DNA of 64,000 bases from Rhodothermales bacterium. Lineage in GTDB: Bacteria > Bacteroidota > Rhodothermia > Rhodothermales > UBA10348. The number at the start of each line of letters is the position of its first letter. The stretch's first letter is position 1. The notes beneath the pieces are model-generated. The model had not been told where the DNA came from. It searched no databases and saw only the letters and a program-made list of their open reading frames with translations. The translations under genes were made by a program, and so were the position numbers. This document shows positions 1 through 9,617 of the stretch, in pieces. The DNA lies in the NCBI GenBank assembly GCA_028284865.1, contig JANQQV010000004.1, positions 5,467-69,466 of the forward strand, read 5' to 3'.

Positions 1-1614
1 ATCCATGGCGCCACGTTTGCCTCTGAAGAGATTTCGGAAGAGTCCGAAGCCAAGCGGCCCAGTGTTCAGGTCGGTGATCCGTTTACGGAGAAACTACTGC
101 TCGAAGCCACGCTTGAGGTGATCCGTTCCGGTGCCGTGGTGGGGATCCAGGACATGGGAGCGGCCGGGATTACGTGCTCGACGTGCGAGATGAGTGAGAA
201 AGGTGATTCCGGCATGATTGTCCATGTCGATCGCGTACCCACGCGCGAGGAAGGCATGACGCCGTACGAGATCATGCTCTCCGAGAGTCAGGAGCGCATG
301 CTGATCGTATGCGAGAAGGGGAAAGAAGACGTCCTTGAAGCCATTTTTGAGAAGTGGGACCTGCACGCAGAGCACATTGGCGAAGTGACCGATGATGGTC
401 GCGTCAAGGTGTACTGGCATGGCGAGCTGGTTGCAGATGTGCCTGCCGAGCACCTGGCATTGGGTGGCGGTGCTCCAGTCTATTATCGCGAGACCAAGCG
501 TCCCGATTACCTGGACGAAACAGCGGCATTCGATGACGCCGTGCTGGAGGACCTCAAGCCTACAGAAGTTCAGGCATCATTGCTGGAGATGCTTTCTGCG
601 CCGAATATCGCTTCCAAGAGATGGGTGTTTGAACAGTACGATACCATGGTTCGGACCAACACGGTAGTTGGCCCCGGCCCGAGCGACGCCGCCGTCATCC
701 GCTTGAAGGATTCAGAAAAAGGCCTCGCAGTCAAAACCGATTGCAACGGACGTTATGTCTACCTGAACCCCCGCAAGGGAGGTCAGATTGCCGTAGCCGA
801 AGCCGCTCGCAACGTGGTGTGTGCCGGGGGTAAGCCGGTCGCCATCACCAATTGCCTGAACTTCGGAAATCCCTACAAGCCGGAAGTGTACTGGGTATTC
901 AAGGAAGCCGTGGGTGGAATGGGTGATGCCTGCCGTCACTTTGACACGCCTGTCACGGGAGGGAATGTCTCTTTTTACAACGAGAATCCCGAGAGCGCGG
1001 TTTTTCCAACGCCAACGATCGGCATGCTTGGAGTCATCGACCACGTTTCCTCCGAAGCAACGACTTTTCCCTTCGAAGAGGAGGGTGACGTGATCCTCGA
1101 ATTGCATCCGCAGTCGCGTCGTCATGGTGGATTGGAAGCCTCCGAGTATCTTGCGCACGTCCATGGGACGACGGCCGGCGACGCTCCCTTGTTCGACCTC
1201 AATGAGGAGGCCGCCGTGCAGCAAGCATGCTTGATGGCAATCCGGAAGGGATGGGTGCGCAGCGCGCACGACGTATCTGATGGTGGTCTGCTGGTAGCCC
1301 TGGCTGAGATGTCGCTGGCTTCTTCAGGTCTGGGTGCGGACATCGAGCTACCCACCGTCGCTGGCGATCGACTCGACGCGTCATGCTACAGTGAGGCGCA
1401 GTCCCGCATCATTCTTTCGGCCGCTCCTGATCACGCTGCACGGATCGAACGGGAGCTGGCGGGGAGTGACGTTGCTGTCACCCGTCTGGGCACGGTGACT
1501 CGGGGGACGTTCAAGGTGCGCGCGGGCGACGAAGTACTCGTTGATGTGAGCCCAGAAGAGATGAGCGATGTGTACGAGCGAGCCATCCCGGATCGTATGG
1601 CCAAACCTTTGTAA
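1..1614 (+). CDS. purL: Phosphoribosylformylglycinamidine synthase II (PurL), 5'-truncated by window edge
   Basis: Frame 1 is open from nt 1 with no upstream stop, ending at TAA 1612-1614. The translation contains QVGDPFTEK, IQDMGAAGITCS and GGNVSFYNE, which are PurL-type motifs. The N-terminal part of the protein lies outside the window. Confidence 0.9.
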   Translation: MHGATFASEEISEESEAKRPSVQVGDPFTEKLLLEATLEVIRSGAVVGIQDMGAAGITCSTCEMSEKGDSGMIVHVDRVPTREEGMTPYEIMLSESQERMLIVCEKGKEDVLEAIFEKWDLHAEHIGEVTDDGRVKVYWHGELVADVPAEHLALGGGAPVYYRETKRPDYLDETAAFDDAVLEDLKPTEVQASLLEMLSAPNIASKRWVFEQYDTMVRTNTVVGPGPSDAAVIRLKDSEKGLAVKTDCNGRYVYLNPRKGGQIAVAEAARNVVCAGGKPVAITNCLNFGNPYKPEVYWVFKEAVGGMGDACRHFDTPVTGGNVSFYNENPESAVFPTPTIGMLGVIDHVSSEATTFPFEEEGDVILELHPQSRRHGGLEASEYLAHVHGTTAGDAPLFDLNEEAAVQQACLMAIRKGWVRSAHDVSDGGLLVALAEMSLASSGLGADIELPTVAGDRLDASCYSEAQSRIILSAAPDHAARIERELAGSDVAVTRLGTVTRGTFKVRAGDEVLVDVSPEEMSDVYERAIPDRMAKPL

Positions 1615-1742
1615 TTCAATGAGCTGAGCGTATCGGGTCGCAGCTTCGAGAGGGGCATGTAACATCCCCTCCATCCGTGATACCCAAGGATCCTTCAGCA
1701 CCCCGAACAATTCTAACAGACGAACTCTAAAGAGGAATATCA

Positions 1743-2087
1743 ATGGCACAGGACGCAAAATATGTGACCCTCACCGACGCCAACTTCCAGTCGGAAGTTA
1801 TCGACTCGGATCAGCCTGTCTTGGTTGACTTCTGGGCGACGTGGTGCGGTCCGTGCCGTATCATCGCTCCCGTCATCGAAGAGCTGGCTGCTGACTTTGA
1901 AGGAAAAGCCAAAGTGGCCAAGCTGGATGTAGATCACAATCCCCAGTCGGCCATGGCATACGGTGTTCGTTCCATCCCGACGCTGCTGTTCTTCAAGAAC
2001 GGCCAGGTCGTCGATCAGCTGATCGGAACGGCTCCCAAGAAAGTGCTCGCGGCCAAGCTCGAAGGGCTTGCTGGCCAGCCAGCCTAA
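1743..2087 (+). CDS. trxA: Thioredoxin
   Basis: 114-aa ORF with the WCGPC active site and typical thioredoxin length. An SD-like agaggaa lies about 6 nt upstream of the ATG. Confidence 0.93.
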   Translation: MAQDAKYVTLTDANFQSEVIDSDQPVLVDFWATWCGPCRIIAPVIEELAADFEGKAKVAKLDVDHNPQSAMAYGVRSIPTLLFFKNGQVVDQLIGTAPKKVLAAKLEGLAGQPA

Positions 2088-2131
2088 GCGCACTCGCGCG
2101 AGTGCGAACGGAATAATCGTATGATTCTGGG

Positions 2132-2165
2132 TGCGGGCCCGGGCGTTGCCCGGGCCCGCATTTCC
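2132..2165 (+). terminator. Rho-independent terminator candidate after trxA
   Basis: Perfect 13-bp GC-rich inverted repeat tgcgggcccgggc / gcccgggcccgca with a 3-nt loop, followed by tttcc. It lies about 45 nt after the trxA stop. Confidence 0.6.
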
Positions 2166-2270
2166 AGACTTGACGCTTCCGTCAGCCGCGCTATTTTGCC
2201 TTACCCGCCTTGACGGGCAGTTCCAGTCAATCGTACTGATCTGCAACAACGGGTAGACCCGCCTCTATTG

Positions 2271-3257
2271 ATGGTCCCGCTCGGGGCCCACAACCCGCTC
2301 AACATGGAAGGGATTGATTTCAGCAGTGCTGAACGCCACAAAGTAGTCATTGTAGGAACCGGACCGGCCGGATTGACCGCTGCGATTTACGCGGCACGAG
2401 CCAATCTTTCGCCACTAGTCATCCAGGGACCCCAGCCTGGTGGGCAGCTCATCACGACGACAGATGTAGAGAACTATCCGGGATTTCCGGATGGTATCAT
2501 GGGTCCGGAGATGATGCAGAAGTTCGAAGCTCAGGCCGAGCGCTTCGGTGCCGATCTGCAATGGGGCATGGTCACATCAGTGGACTTCAGTGAGCGACCG
2601 TTCAAGCTGGTTGTGGACGAAGAACGTCCCGTGCTGGCTGACACCGTGATCATTTCCACGGGTGCTTCAGCGAAGTATCTGGGTCTCGAAAACGAGAGCA
2701 GACTCCTCGGAAAAGGCGTATCTGCATGTGCAACATGTGACGGCGCGTTCTTCCGAGAGCAGGAGCTGGCCATTGTTGGTGGCGGCGATACCGCCATGGA
2801 AGAAGCCCTCTTCCTGACCCGCTTTGCTTCCAAGGTCTACGTGATCCATCGCCGGGACGAATTCCGTGCCTCGCAGATCATGCAGGATCGCGTCAAGAAT
2901 CACGAGAAGATCGAGATCCTCTGGAATACCGTGGTCGAGGACGTTCTTGGAGACGACCTGGTCGAAGGTCTGACCATTCGTGACATCAACAGCGACGAAT
3001 CGCGGACCTTGCCAGTGACTGGCTTTTTCGTGGCCATCGGTCACAAGCCCAACACGGACATTTTCTCCGACTGGTTGGAACAAGACGAGACCGGCTACAT
3101 CATCACGAAATCAGATTCGACGTATACGAATGTCGAAGGCGTCTTCGCCTGTGGTGATGCTCAGGACCACGTTTATCGTCAGGCCATTACAGCAGCAGGT
3201 ACAGGTTGTATGGCGGCTATCGACGCTGAACGGTGGTTGGCAGATCAGGAGGCCTGA
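2271..3257 (+). CDS. trxB: Thioredoxin-disulfide reductase
   Basis: Contains VVIVGTGPAG (FAD), AIVGGGDTA (NADPH) and the redox-active CATCDG motif. The ORF track opens at TTG 2268. ATG 2271 (or 2304) is the more likely start. Confidence 0.92.
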   Translation: MVPLGAHNPLNMEGIDFSSAERHKVVIVGTGPAGLTAAIYAARANLSPLVIQGPQPGGQLITTTDVENYPGFPDGIMGPEMMQKFEAQAERFGADLQWGMVTSVDFSERPFKLVVDEERPVLADTVIISTGASAKYLGLENESRLLGKGVSACATCDGAFFREQELAIVGGGDTAMEEALFLTRFASKVYVIHRRDEFRASQIMQDRVKNHEKIEILWNTVVEDVLGDDLVEGLTIRDINSDESRTLPVTGFFVAIGHKPNTDIFSDWLEQDETGYIITKSDSTYTNVEGVFACGDAQDHVYRQAITAAGTGCMAAIDAERWLADQEA

Positions 3258-3637
3258 TCAGACCTTTCGGTCCCTCCTGGGCCAGAGAGCCATTCGATCG
3301 TCTCAACAGAAATGGGGGCGCCGGTCGCTACGGATGCCTCGTAAAGCCAACGTGCGCGAACGAGTGCCGCTGGTGAGCCCACTTCGCGGAGAAGATCTGC
3401 AAGGGCGACAGCGAGTTCTGCATGGAAAGCGTTTGATGGGCTGCAAAGCGCCATGAAGGCCTCTTCTTCCAATGCCAGCAGGGTATCCAAATCGGCGTCA
3501 AATGTAGCCTTGAGGCCTTCGTTGAGGATCGTCTCGGCCTGCTCGTGATTTCCTTGCTGCTTGTTGAACATGACCTGCAGCAACACCTGGATCAGTTGCT
3601 GGATCTGTCGCATCAGGAAGTCACGGTGCAATACCAT
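3245..3637 (-). CDS. Hypothetical helical protein (no family recognised)
   Basis: 130-aa ATG-initiated ORF 8 nt downstream of the proline dehydrogenase gene on the same strand. Codon usage resembles its neighbours. Its 3' end overlaps the trxB stop by 13 nt (convergent). Confidence 0.5.
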   Translation of the reverse strand: MVLHRDFLMRQIQQLIQVLLQVMFNKQQGNHEQAETILNEGLKATFDADLDTLLALEEEAFMALCSPSNAFHAELAVALADLLREVGSPAALVRARWLYEASVATGAPISVETIEWLSGPGGTERSDQAS

Positions 3638-3645
3638 GCAGGGGA

Positions 3646-4503
3646 CTACCGCTTGAACATGGTCGAGAGGATGAACCAGACGTTTTCCTTGCGCTCACGA
3701 AGTCGGCGGGAGTAGTAGGGGAACCACTGATCACCGTAGGGAACGTACACGCGCATCCCATACCCCTCGTTCGCGATATCCTGTTGTGTATCGGCTCGCA
3801 ATCCGTAGAGCATCTGGAATTCGAATCGATCCTTATCGATATCGTTCTCCTTGACGAACTGTTTGGTCGCATTGATCAGGATATCGTCATGCGTGGCAAT
3901 ACCCGGAAAACGACCTTTTGTAATCAAGACTTCCATGTACTCCAGGAAGCGCTCGCGGATAGTTGACATATCCTGCCAGGCCAATGATTCCGGCTCTGAG
4001 TATGCTCCTTTGCACAGTCGCACGCGTGCCTGCAGTTCACACATCCGATCGATGTCTTCCCGCGTGCGCTTGAGATACGCCTGCAGGACAACACCCACAT
4101 TGTCCCTATAGTCCGGATAGACGCGTTCAAAGATGGACAAGGTGGATTCCGTGATATCCGTGCCTTCCATGTCCAATCGAACGAACGTCCCCGTCTCCTT
4201 GGCGGCGGTCAGTACCTCGTGGAGATTATCGATACAGAAGGCTTCGTCGATCTTCTGGCCCAACATGGAGGCCTTGATCGAGATATTCCGATCGATGCGC
4301 CCATCAGCTTCGTCGATTGTCCGGATGAGCTGGATGTATTCTTCCTTTGCCGCTGTCGCAACGCTGCGATCTGATACGTATTCGCCCAGCTTGTCGAACG
4401 TGGTTCTGAGGCCATTCGACTTGATCCCTTCCACGATGGGAAGAGCGCCATCCAGCGATTCAGCAGCAACGAACTTGCTGGCAAGGAAGAACGGTAGCTT
4501 CAT
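3646..4503 (-). CDS. Stand-alone proline dehydrogenase (PRODH domain)
   Basis: 285 aa with RLCKGAY, IATHDD and EFQMLYGLR, the conserved blocks of the Pro_dh TIM-barrel family. Confidence 0.8.
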   Translation of the reverse strand: MKLPFFLASKFVAAESLDGALPIVEGIKSNGLRTTFDKLGEYVSDRSVATAAKEEYIQLIRTIDEADGRIDRNISIKASMLGQKIDEAFCIDNLHEVLTAAKETGTFVRLDMEGTDITESTLSIFERVYPDYRDNVGVVLQAYLKRTREDIDRMCELQARVRLCKGAYSEPESLAWQDMSTIRERFLEYMEVLITKGRFPGIATHDDILINATKQFVKENDIDKDRFEFQMLYGLRADTQQDIANEGYGMRVYVPYGDQWFPYYSRRLRERKENVWFILSTMFKR

Positions 4504-4654
4504 ATCAGTTCAAACGAGACGCAATCACAGAAGTGGGGACGATGGGTCGGGCTTCCCGATTCAGGGTCGGAGAATGTACGACAGGTCGGGGCTCGATGGA
4601 AGGCGCTCAGGTCCTGCGGATACACGACGGCTGGCTCGACGGGTGCGAGTTGAA

Positions 4655-5791
4655 TCAAGCACTGAGTGCTTGGTCCAAGTCCGCCATCAAATCCTCAGCG
4701 TGTTCCAATCCGACCGAAACCCGAAGCAGGTTGTCAGGTGTGGGTGACCCTTTGCCTTCGATTGATGCACGATGCTCCATCAGGCTTTCCGTGCCGCCTA
4801 GGCTGGTGGCATTGGCGAACAAATGGCTTCGATTGACCACTCTGAGTGCATTCGCCGCGCCACCCTTGACGAGAAAGGAAAGCATGCCTCCGTAAAGGGC
4901 CATCTGTGAGCGCGCAATCTCGTGGCCCGGGTGCGATGCAAGTCCTGGATAGTTGACCGATTCGACTTGGGAGTGTGCGCTGAGCCATTTCGCAATGCGC
5001 AAAGCGGACTCGCACTGATGCCGGAGCCGCGGTCCCAGAGAGCGCATTCCACGCATGGCCAACCAGGCACCGAATGGATCCAGTACCGCTCCACCTTCAC
5101 CGGAGAGCTCGACAACGCGCTGGCACCGTTCATCCTCTTTCGCGAAAACCAGGGCACCTCCCAGCACATCGGAGTGTCCTCCGAGGTACTTGGTGACGGA
5201 GTGCAGGACTATGTCGGCGCCCAGCTCAATGGGGCGCGTTATCAACGGCGTGGACCATGTATTGTCGACCAGCAACTGTGCGCCGGCGGAATGGGTCAAA
5301 CGCGCCATTGCGCGAATGTCGATCACATTCAACTGCGGATTGGAGGGGGTTTCCACCCAGACCAAGCGAGTTGTTGGCTTTAGCGCCTCCTGAACCGCAT
5401 TCAAATCTCTCTGATCAACCTCGGTCACCTCGAGACCCCATCGCACGAAATGATTGGCGATCAGGGTACGGACGCCGAAGTAAATGTCATGAGGGAGGAT
5501 GACGTGATCTCCGGGATCGAGCGCCTGGCAGATGGTCATCGCGGCCGTCATTCCGGAGGAAAAGCCCATGGCCCGACGTCCACCTTCAGCCAACGCAAGG
5601 GCCTCTTCAAATTGCTGACGGGTCGGATTGCTGAGCCGACTGTATACGAATGCCCCAGGATTGCCGTCGGAGTCTCTGGCGTATGTCGAAGCCGTATGGA
5701 TGGGAGGGGCCAGAGCCCCCGTGTGCGGATCCGGTTCGGTACCCGTGCGCGCCAAGTGAGTGTCGAGATTCCAGGTCATTCGTTGTGCCAT
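4655..5791 (-). CDS. PLP-dependent Cys/Met-metabolism enzyme (cystathionine gamma-synthase / beta- or gamma-lyase family)
   Basis: 378 aa with SRLSNPT, VWVETPSNP and the lysine motif HSVTKYLGGHSDVLGG typical of trans-sulfuration enzymes. The exact activity cannot be assigned from sequence alone. Confidence 0.85.
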   Translation of the reverse strand: MAQRMTWNLDTHLARTGTEPDPHTGALAPPIHTASTYARDSDGNPGAFVYSRLSNPTRQQFEEALALAEGGRRAMGFSSGMTAAMTICQALDPGDHVILPHDIYFGVRTLIANHFVRWGLEVTEVDQRDLNAVQEALKPTTRLVWVETPSNPQLNVIDIRAMARLTHSAGAQLLVDNTWSTPLITRPIELGADIVLHSVTKYLGGHSDVLGGALVFAKEDERCQRVVELSGEGGAVLDPFGAWLAMRGMRSLGPRLRHQCESALRIAKWLSAHSQVESVNYPGLASHPGHEIARSQMALYGGMLSFLVKGGAANALRVVNRSHLFANATSLGGTESLMEHRASIEGKGSPTPDNLLRVSVGLEHAEDLMADLDQALSA

Positions 5792-6077
5792 GCCGTTCTA
5801 AGTGCCCCGTCCCAGAATCGCCGGAAACGTCGATTATCGGGCGGTTTTTCGAAAGGTCCGTCGACGGCAGCGACTTTTCCAAAAAAGATGCATCTCTTCT
5901 GTAACTACGGCGAATAGCTGCCGTAGTGCACAGTGCGTCTTCCGATGAGTGGTCTGGGGGTGTCAGCAATGGGCAGTGTTCTGCCGATCGCCGGCGCCCC
6001 CTGACCATTTTATGGACTTGTGGGATTTCGCGTGCTAAGTTGACGCCCCACTCTCCCCGGTCGATCCCAACAGCGTC

Positions 6078-6368
6078 ATGCGCAACCGTCGAGCACAACC
6101 CCTGAAAGAGATCCTGGATCAATGGATCCGTTCCAGCGGAGCGCAGGGGCCTCTCGCAAGAGGGCGCATCGTCGCGACGTGGGAAGGCATGATGAGCGCC
6201 CAGATGAAGCAACACGTTGGAAAGGCGTGGGTGCGTGGAGATCGGCTCTTCGTGACCGTTACTTCTGCCGTCTGGAGGCAAGAGCTTCATCTTCGAAGGG
6301 AAGAGTGGCGGAAGCGGCTGAATGAAGAGCTTGGGAGCGAGCTGGTTCGGGAATTGGTGTTCCGATGA
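6078..6368 (+). CDS. DUF721-like small protein
   Basis: 96-aa ORF whose length and W..vvG......t....l..g.L.V.v.s..W..EL pattern resemble DUF721 proteins. Confidence 0.6.
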   Translation: MRNRRAQPLKEILDQWIRSSGAQGPLARGRIVATWEGMMSAQMKQHVGKAWVRGDRLFVTVTSAVWRQELHLRREEWRKRLNEELGSELVRELVFR

Positions 6369-6463
6369 TTCAGCCTAGAAGCGCTAATAGGTTAGCAACC
6401 CACGGAGCCTAACTAGGCTTCTTAAGAGCAACCGCTATTCAGCTTCTGTTATCCGGACGAACA

Positions 6464-6826
6464 TCATGAATCTCGGTGCACCGTATCTGGCGAGAACGCT
6501 GGCAGGCAAACCGCGATGTATGAGGCTCCTTCCGGCTCAGGGGATGAATACCGAATCCACTCTCCGGCGTGACAGATGATGGCGTTTCCGGCGCGTACGT
6601 GCATGACTTCGGATTCCGTCTCTACCTGCAGCATGCCCTCCAGAACCAACGTGTACTCATCGAATTCTGGTCGTTGACCGGGTTCAGACCAGCCGGCCGG
6701 GCTCTTCATGTGGGCAATGCTGATCGACTCGGTTTGCGAGTTCACCCTCCCGACATGTTCTCGGATGAGCTTCGGGGGTGTCCCCGGGGCTTCGATGAGC
6801 GTGGGGGAAGGGATGAAAGTGGGCAT
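6464..6826 (-). CDS. Cupin-domain protein
   Basis: 120 aa with a small beta-barrel pattern (H.K...GWSEPG....FDEY..VLEG.L.V......H.V.AG). It sits 11 nt upstream of the esterase gene on the same strand. Confidence 0.6.
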   Translation of the reverse strand: MPTFIPSPTLIEAPGTPPKLIREHVGRVNSQTESISIAHMKSPAGWSEPGQRPEFDEYTLVLEGMLQVETESEVMHVRAGNAIICHAGEWIRYSSPEPEGASYIAVCLPAFSPDTVHRDS

Positions 6827-6837
6827 GATGGTTCGCT

Positions 6838-7671
6838 CTAATTGGTGCGCTGCTCAAACAACCAGGTGATCATGTCGGTGTTGTCATATGCCGGATCCCA
6901 TGAGTTGTGGCCCGTGTCGACGTATTCTGTGTAGCGGACATCGCCGTTCCGCTCTTGAAGTGCGATGGTCAGGTCCCTTGAGTTGGAGGCAGGAAAGACC
7001 GGGTCATCTTCTCCGTGGAAGAGCCAGATGGGCGTCGAAGCCAATGCCGTAGCCAATCCTTCAGTGGCTTCCTCATAGGTCGAGCCAAAGACGAATGGGT
7101 AGCGACTGAAGCCTCCGATCGTTGGGCATATGGGTACGACCGCCGCAAATCGGTCTGGGTGTGTACTGGCCAGGAAAAGGGAGCCATATCCTCCCATGGA
7201 CAAACCAGTCAAGTACACGCGTGACGTATCGACAGCAAACTCTGCGATTGTCGCGTCGAGTACGTCCATCCCGATTGATTCCGTCTCTGGAGTCCAGCTT
7301 CGTCCAGAAGGCAGCTGCGGGAAGACGACAACGGCTGGCCATCGCTCGGGATTGAAACGAATGGCGCGGCCAAGACCTACTTGGGTCTGACTCAGTCCGT
7401 CGTACCCCCGCTCGCCGGCGCCGTGCAAAAACATGACCATTGGCCAGTCCTCACTCTCGTCGTAGTCAGCAGGGAGGTAGACCTGGTATCGCAGGTCGCT
7501 TCCATTGAAGGAAACGGTTCGGTTCAGGAATCCGGTTTCCTTTTGCGTTTCGGCAAGATCAGCGGCGGGAAGAGTGCTCTCACAAGCAGACCAGATAAAC
7601 GCCATTCCGATCAGCAGGGCCAACACGAGACCGCTGCGTGGGGAAGGGTGTGAGTCAGATCGGTTTGACAT
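6838..7671 (-). CDS. Secreted/lipoprotein alpha/beta-hydrolase (carboxylesterase / PHB-depolymerase-like esterase)
   Basis: Has the GLSMGG nucleophile elbow, FLHGAGERG, and the lipobox-like LIGMAFIWSAC. ATG 7671 is preferred over the TTG at 7716 given by the ORF track. Confidence 0.7.
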   Translation of the reverse strand: MSNRSDSHPSPRSGLVLALLIGMAFIWSACESTLPAADLAETQKETGFLNRTVSFNGSDLRYQVYLPADYDESEDWPMVMFLHGAGERGYDGLSQTQVGLGRAIRFNPERWPAVVVFPQLPSGRSWTPETESIGMDVLDATIAEFAVDTSRVYLTGLSMGGYGSLFLASTHPDRFAAVVPICPTIGGFSRYPFVFGSTYEEATEGLATALASTPIWLFHGEDDPVFPASNSRDLTIALQERNGDVRYTEYVDTGHNSWDPAYDNTDMITWLFEQRTN

Positions 7672-7756
7672 CGGACGAGGGGCAGAGAATCGGAATGCTG
7701 GATGGATTGACCGCAACCTACGAACGAAGCCGGGTCGACATGAGATGATGCTGGGT

Positions 7757-7792
7757 GAAATGAAAAGGGGCGCGGACTTTCGTCCGCGCCCC
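7757..7792 (-). terminator. Rho-independent terminator after fabF
   Basis: On the minus strand: an 11-bp stem GGGGCGCGGAC, a GAAA loop, GUCCGCGCCCC, then UUUUCAUUUC. It lies about 60 nt after the fabF stop. Confidence 0.72.
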
Positions 7793-7851
7793 TCAATCGA
7801 TTCCTGTCCAGATGGGACTCACTCCGTTATCCCAAACCGAGCGTGTCGAGC

Positions 7852-9111
7852 TTACTCTTCGTACTTGGCAAACACGATGCTGGTGTTGTGTCCGCCAAAG
7901 CCGAATGCATTCGACATGGTGACATTCACTTCGCGCTCGACCGGCGTGTTGAACGTGTAATTCAGGTCGCAGTCCGGATCGGGATGCTCGAAGTTGATCG
8001 TTGGCGGGATCGTCTGATGCGTGATCGCTCCGATGGCGGCAATGGCTTCAACAGCACCGGCAGCGCCCAGCAAGTGACCGGTCATGCTCTTGGTCGATGA
8101 CACGTTCATCTTGTAGGCGTGGTCTCCAAAGACGCCCTTGATGGCCGCTGTTTCAGCCACGTCACCCAGTCCAGTGGATGTGCCGTGCATGTTGAGGTAA
8201 TCAACCTGCTCCGGATCCAGATCGCCGTCGCGGAGGGCAGCAAGCATGGCGTTTCGGGCACCCAGTCCGTTCGGATCAGGGGCGGTAATGTGATGAGCAT
8301 CACCGCTCATGCCAACTCCCTTGATTTCCGCGTAGATGCGGGCACCACGAGCCTTGGCGTGCTCGAGTTCTTCGATGAACAGCGCCCCTGCACCTTCGCC
8401 CAGTACAAACCCATCACGGGTCGCGTCAAACGGACGGGATGCTCTTTCCGGCTCATCGTTTCGGGTCGACAACGCCTTGAGCGCATTGAAGCCACCGACA
8501 CCGAGCTCAGAGATGCTGGCCTCACTACCACCCGTCACAGCCGCTTCCATGTGACCCAGGCGAATCAGCATGAAGGCATCTCCAATATTGTTGTTGCCCG
8601 TTGCACAGGCAGACACGCAGGAGTAGTTGGGGCCGCGCAGACCATGTCGGATGGAAATCTGACCGGCAGCGATGTCCGGAATCATCATCGGGATGAAGAA
8701 CGGAGAGACACGTCTCGGACCGTCCTCAGACAGCGTTCCGGCCTGGCTGAACAAAACCTGCAGACCGCCGATGCCCGAGCCGTAGATCACACCGATCCGC
8801 TCCTGTTGCTCCGTCGAAAGCGTCGATGAATCAACGCCTGCGTCGGCCAGGGCTTGGTCGGCAACAACCATCGCGTACTGGCAAAAAGGATCCAGTCGGC
8901 GGGCAGTCTTACGATCGAGCAATTCGACCGCATCAAATCCCTTGAGTTCACAAGCGAACTTGGTCGCGTAGTGCTCGGTGTCGAAGTACGTGATGGGGGC
9001 CGCACCGCTCTTGCCAGCCATCATGGCTGACCAGAACGATTCCGCGTCGTTTCCGATCGGAGTCAGGGCGCCCATCCCCGTAACAACAACCCTGCGAGTA
9101 GGTCTACTCAT
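7852..9111 (-). CDS. fabF: 3-oxoacyl-ACP synthase II
   Basis: 419 aa. The active-site region SCVSACATG, the HGTST and GHLLGAAG motifs and the C-terminal SNAFGFGGHN are all typical of KAS II. Confidence 0.93.
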   Translation of the reverse strand: MSRPTRRVVVTGMGALTPIGNDAESFWSAMMAGKSGAAPITYFDTEHYATKFACELKGFDAVELLDRKTARRLDPFCQYAMVVADQALADAGVDSSTLSTEQQERIGVIYGSGIGGLQVLFSQAGTLSEDGPRRVSPFFIPMMIPDIAAGQISIRHGLRGPNYSCVSACATGNNNIGDAFMLIRLGHMEAAVTGGSEASISELGVGGFNALKALSTRNDEPERASRPFDATRDGFVLGEGAGALFIEELEHAKARGARIYAEIKGVGMSGDAHHITAPDPNGLGARNAMLAALRDGDLDPEQVDYLNMHGTSTGLGDVAETAAIKGVFGDHAYKMNVSSTKSMTGHLLGAAGAVEAIAAIGAITHQTIPPTINFEHPDPDCDLNYTFNTPVEREVNVTMSNAFGFGGHNTSIVFAKYEE

Positions 9112-9160
9112 GCGGGAGTACGGTTCTGGGGTGGAGAAAGGAGTGGGAAGGTTGCCCGAA

Positions 9161-9397
9161 TCAGGCAGACTTCTCGGTCAGGTAGGAAACGGCATCGCCA
9201 ACGGTGGCAATCTTCTCCGCGTCCTCGTCTGGAATCGTGATGTCGAACTCTTTTTCGAACTCCATGATGAGTTCTACCGTGTCAAGGGAGTCGGCTCCCA
9301 GATCGTTGGTGAAGGATGCGTCATCAGAAATATCTGCTTCGTCAACGCCCAGCTTCTCAACGATGATCGACTGTACCTTGGCTGCGATATCGGACAT
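9161..9397 (-). CDS. acpP: Acyl carrier protein
   Basis: 78 aa from the internal ATG at 9397, with an AGGAGAA RBS just upstream. It carries the [16 protein letters not shown] phosphopantetheine-attachment motif. The longer 110-aa ORF in the track is a 5' over-extension. Confidence 0.95.
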   Translation of the reverse strand: MSDIAAKVQSIIVEKLGVDEADISDDASFTNDLGADSLDTVELIMEFEKEFDITIPDEDAEKIATVGDAVSYLTEKSA

Positions 9398-9617
9398 AAC
9401 GTGTTCTCCTGAATGTGGATGATAAACCACGGACCGAGGTCCGTAAACCGCCTCTGAACCGCGAAATAGCGGCTGAATGAGGCACGTAAACACGAAAACT
9501 ACGCCTCGGGATAGGCAGAAGCAATTTGGTGTGGACCGCTTGATCCAACCTTCGAATTATGGCCGAATCATCCACGTCATGGCAGCGTTGCACCGGCCCA
9601 CGTGATCAAGAAAGCCC

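Noticed and set aside
5607-6290. A 227-aa minus-strand ORF spanning the intergenic region between the trans-sulfuration gene and the DUF721 gene.
   Set aside because: It overlaps two better-supported genes, has a biased low-complexity translation, and has no motif or sensible start context.
6369-6463. An AT-richer 95-nt gap checked for a tRNA or small RNA gene.
   Set aside because: There is no T-loop (GGTTCGAATCC-like) and no cloverleaf arms. Only a 7-bp inverted repeat (AGCCTAG/CTAGGCT) with a long loop is present. This is most simply a weak convergent terminator region.
9161-9493. The 110-aa version of the ACP ORF. Similar 5' over-extensions occur for ferredoxin (15127-15633), the TM2 protein (15921-16436), pfk (61140-62441) and DUF423 (50128-50586).
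   Set aside because: In each case an internal ATG gives the canonical family N-terminus (MSDIAAKV..., MPYVVTEAC..., MSKVIKY..., MTSYKGTIGILTGGG..., MNSMSSPK...). The extra residues are non-conserved.
9398-9617. A possible SAM riboswitch in the 220-nt divergent region upstream of metK.
   Set aside because: Small hairpins are present (GGACCGAGGUCC, CCGCGAAAUAGCGG). However, I could not find the SAM-I core (GAGGGA...GGCCC...GCAACC), nor SAM-II or SAM/SAH-like consensus elements. A covariance-model scan would be needed to say more.
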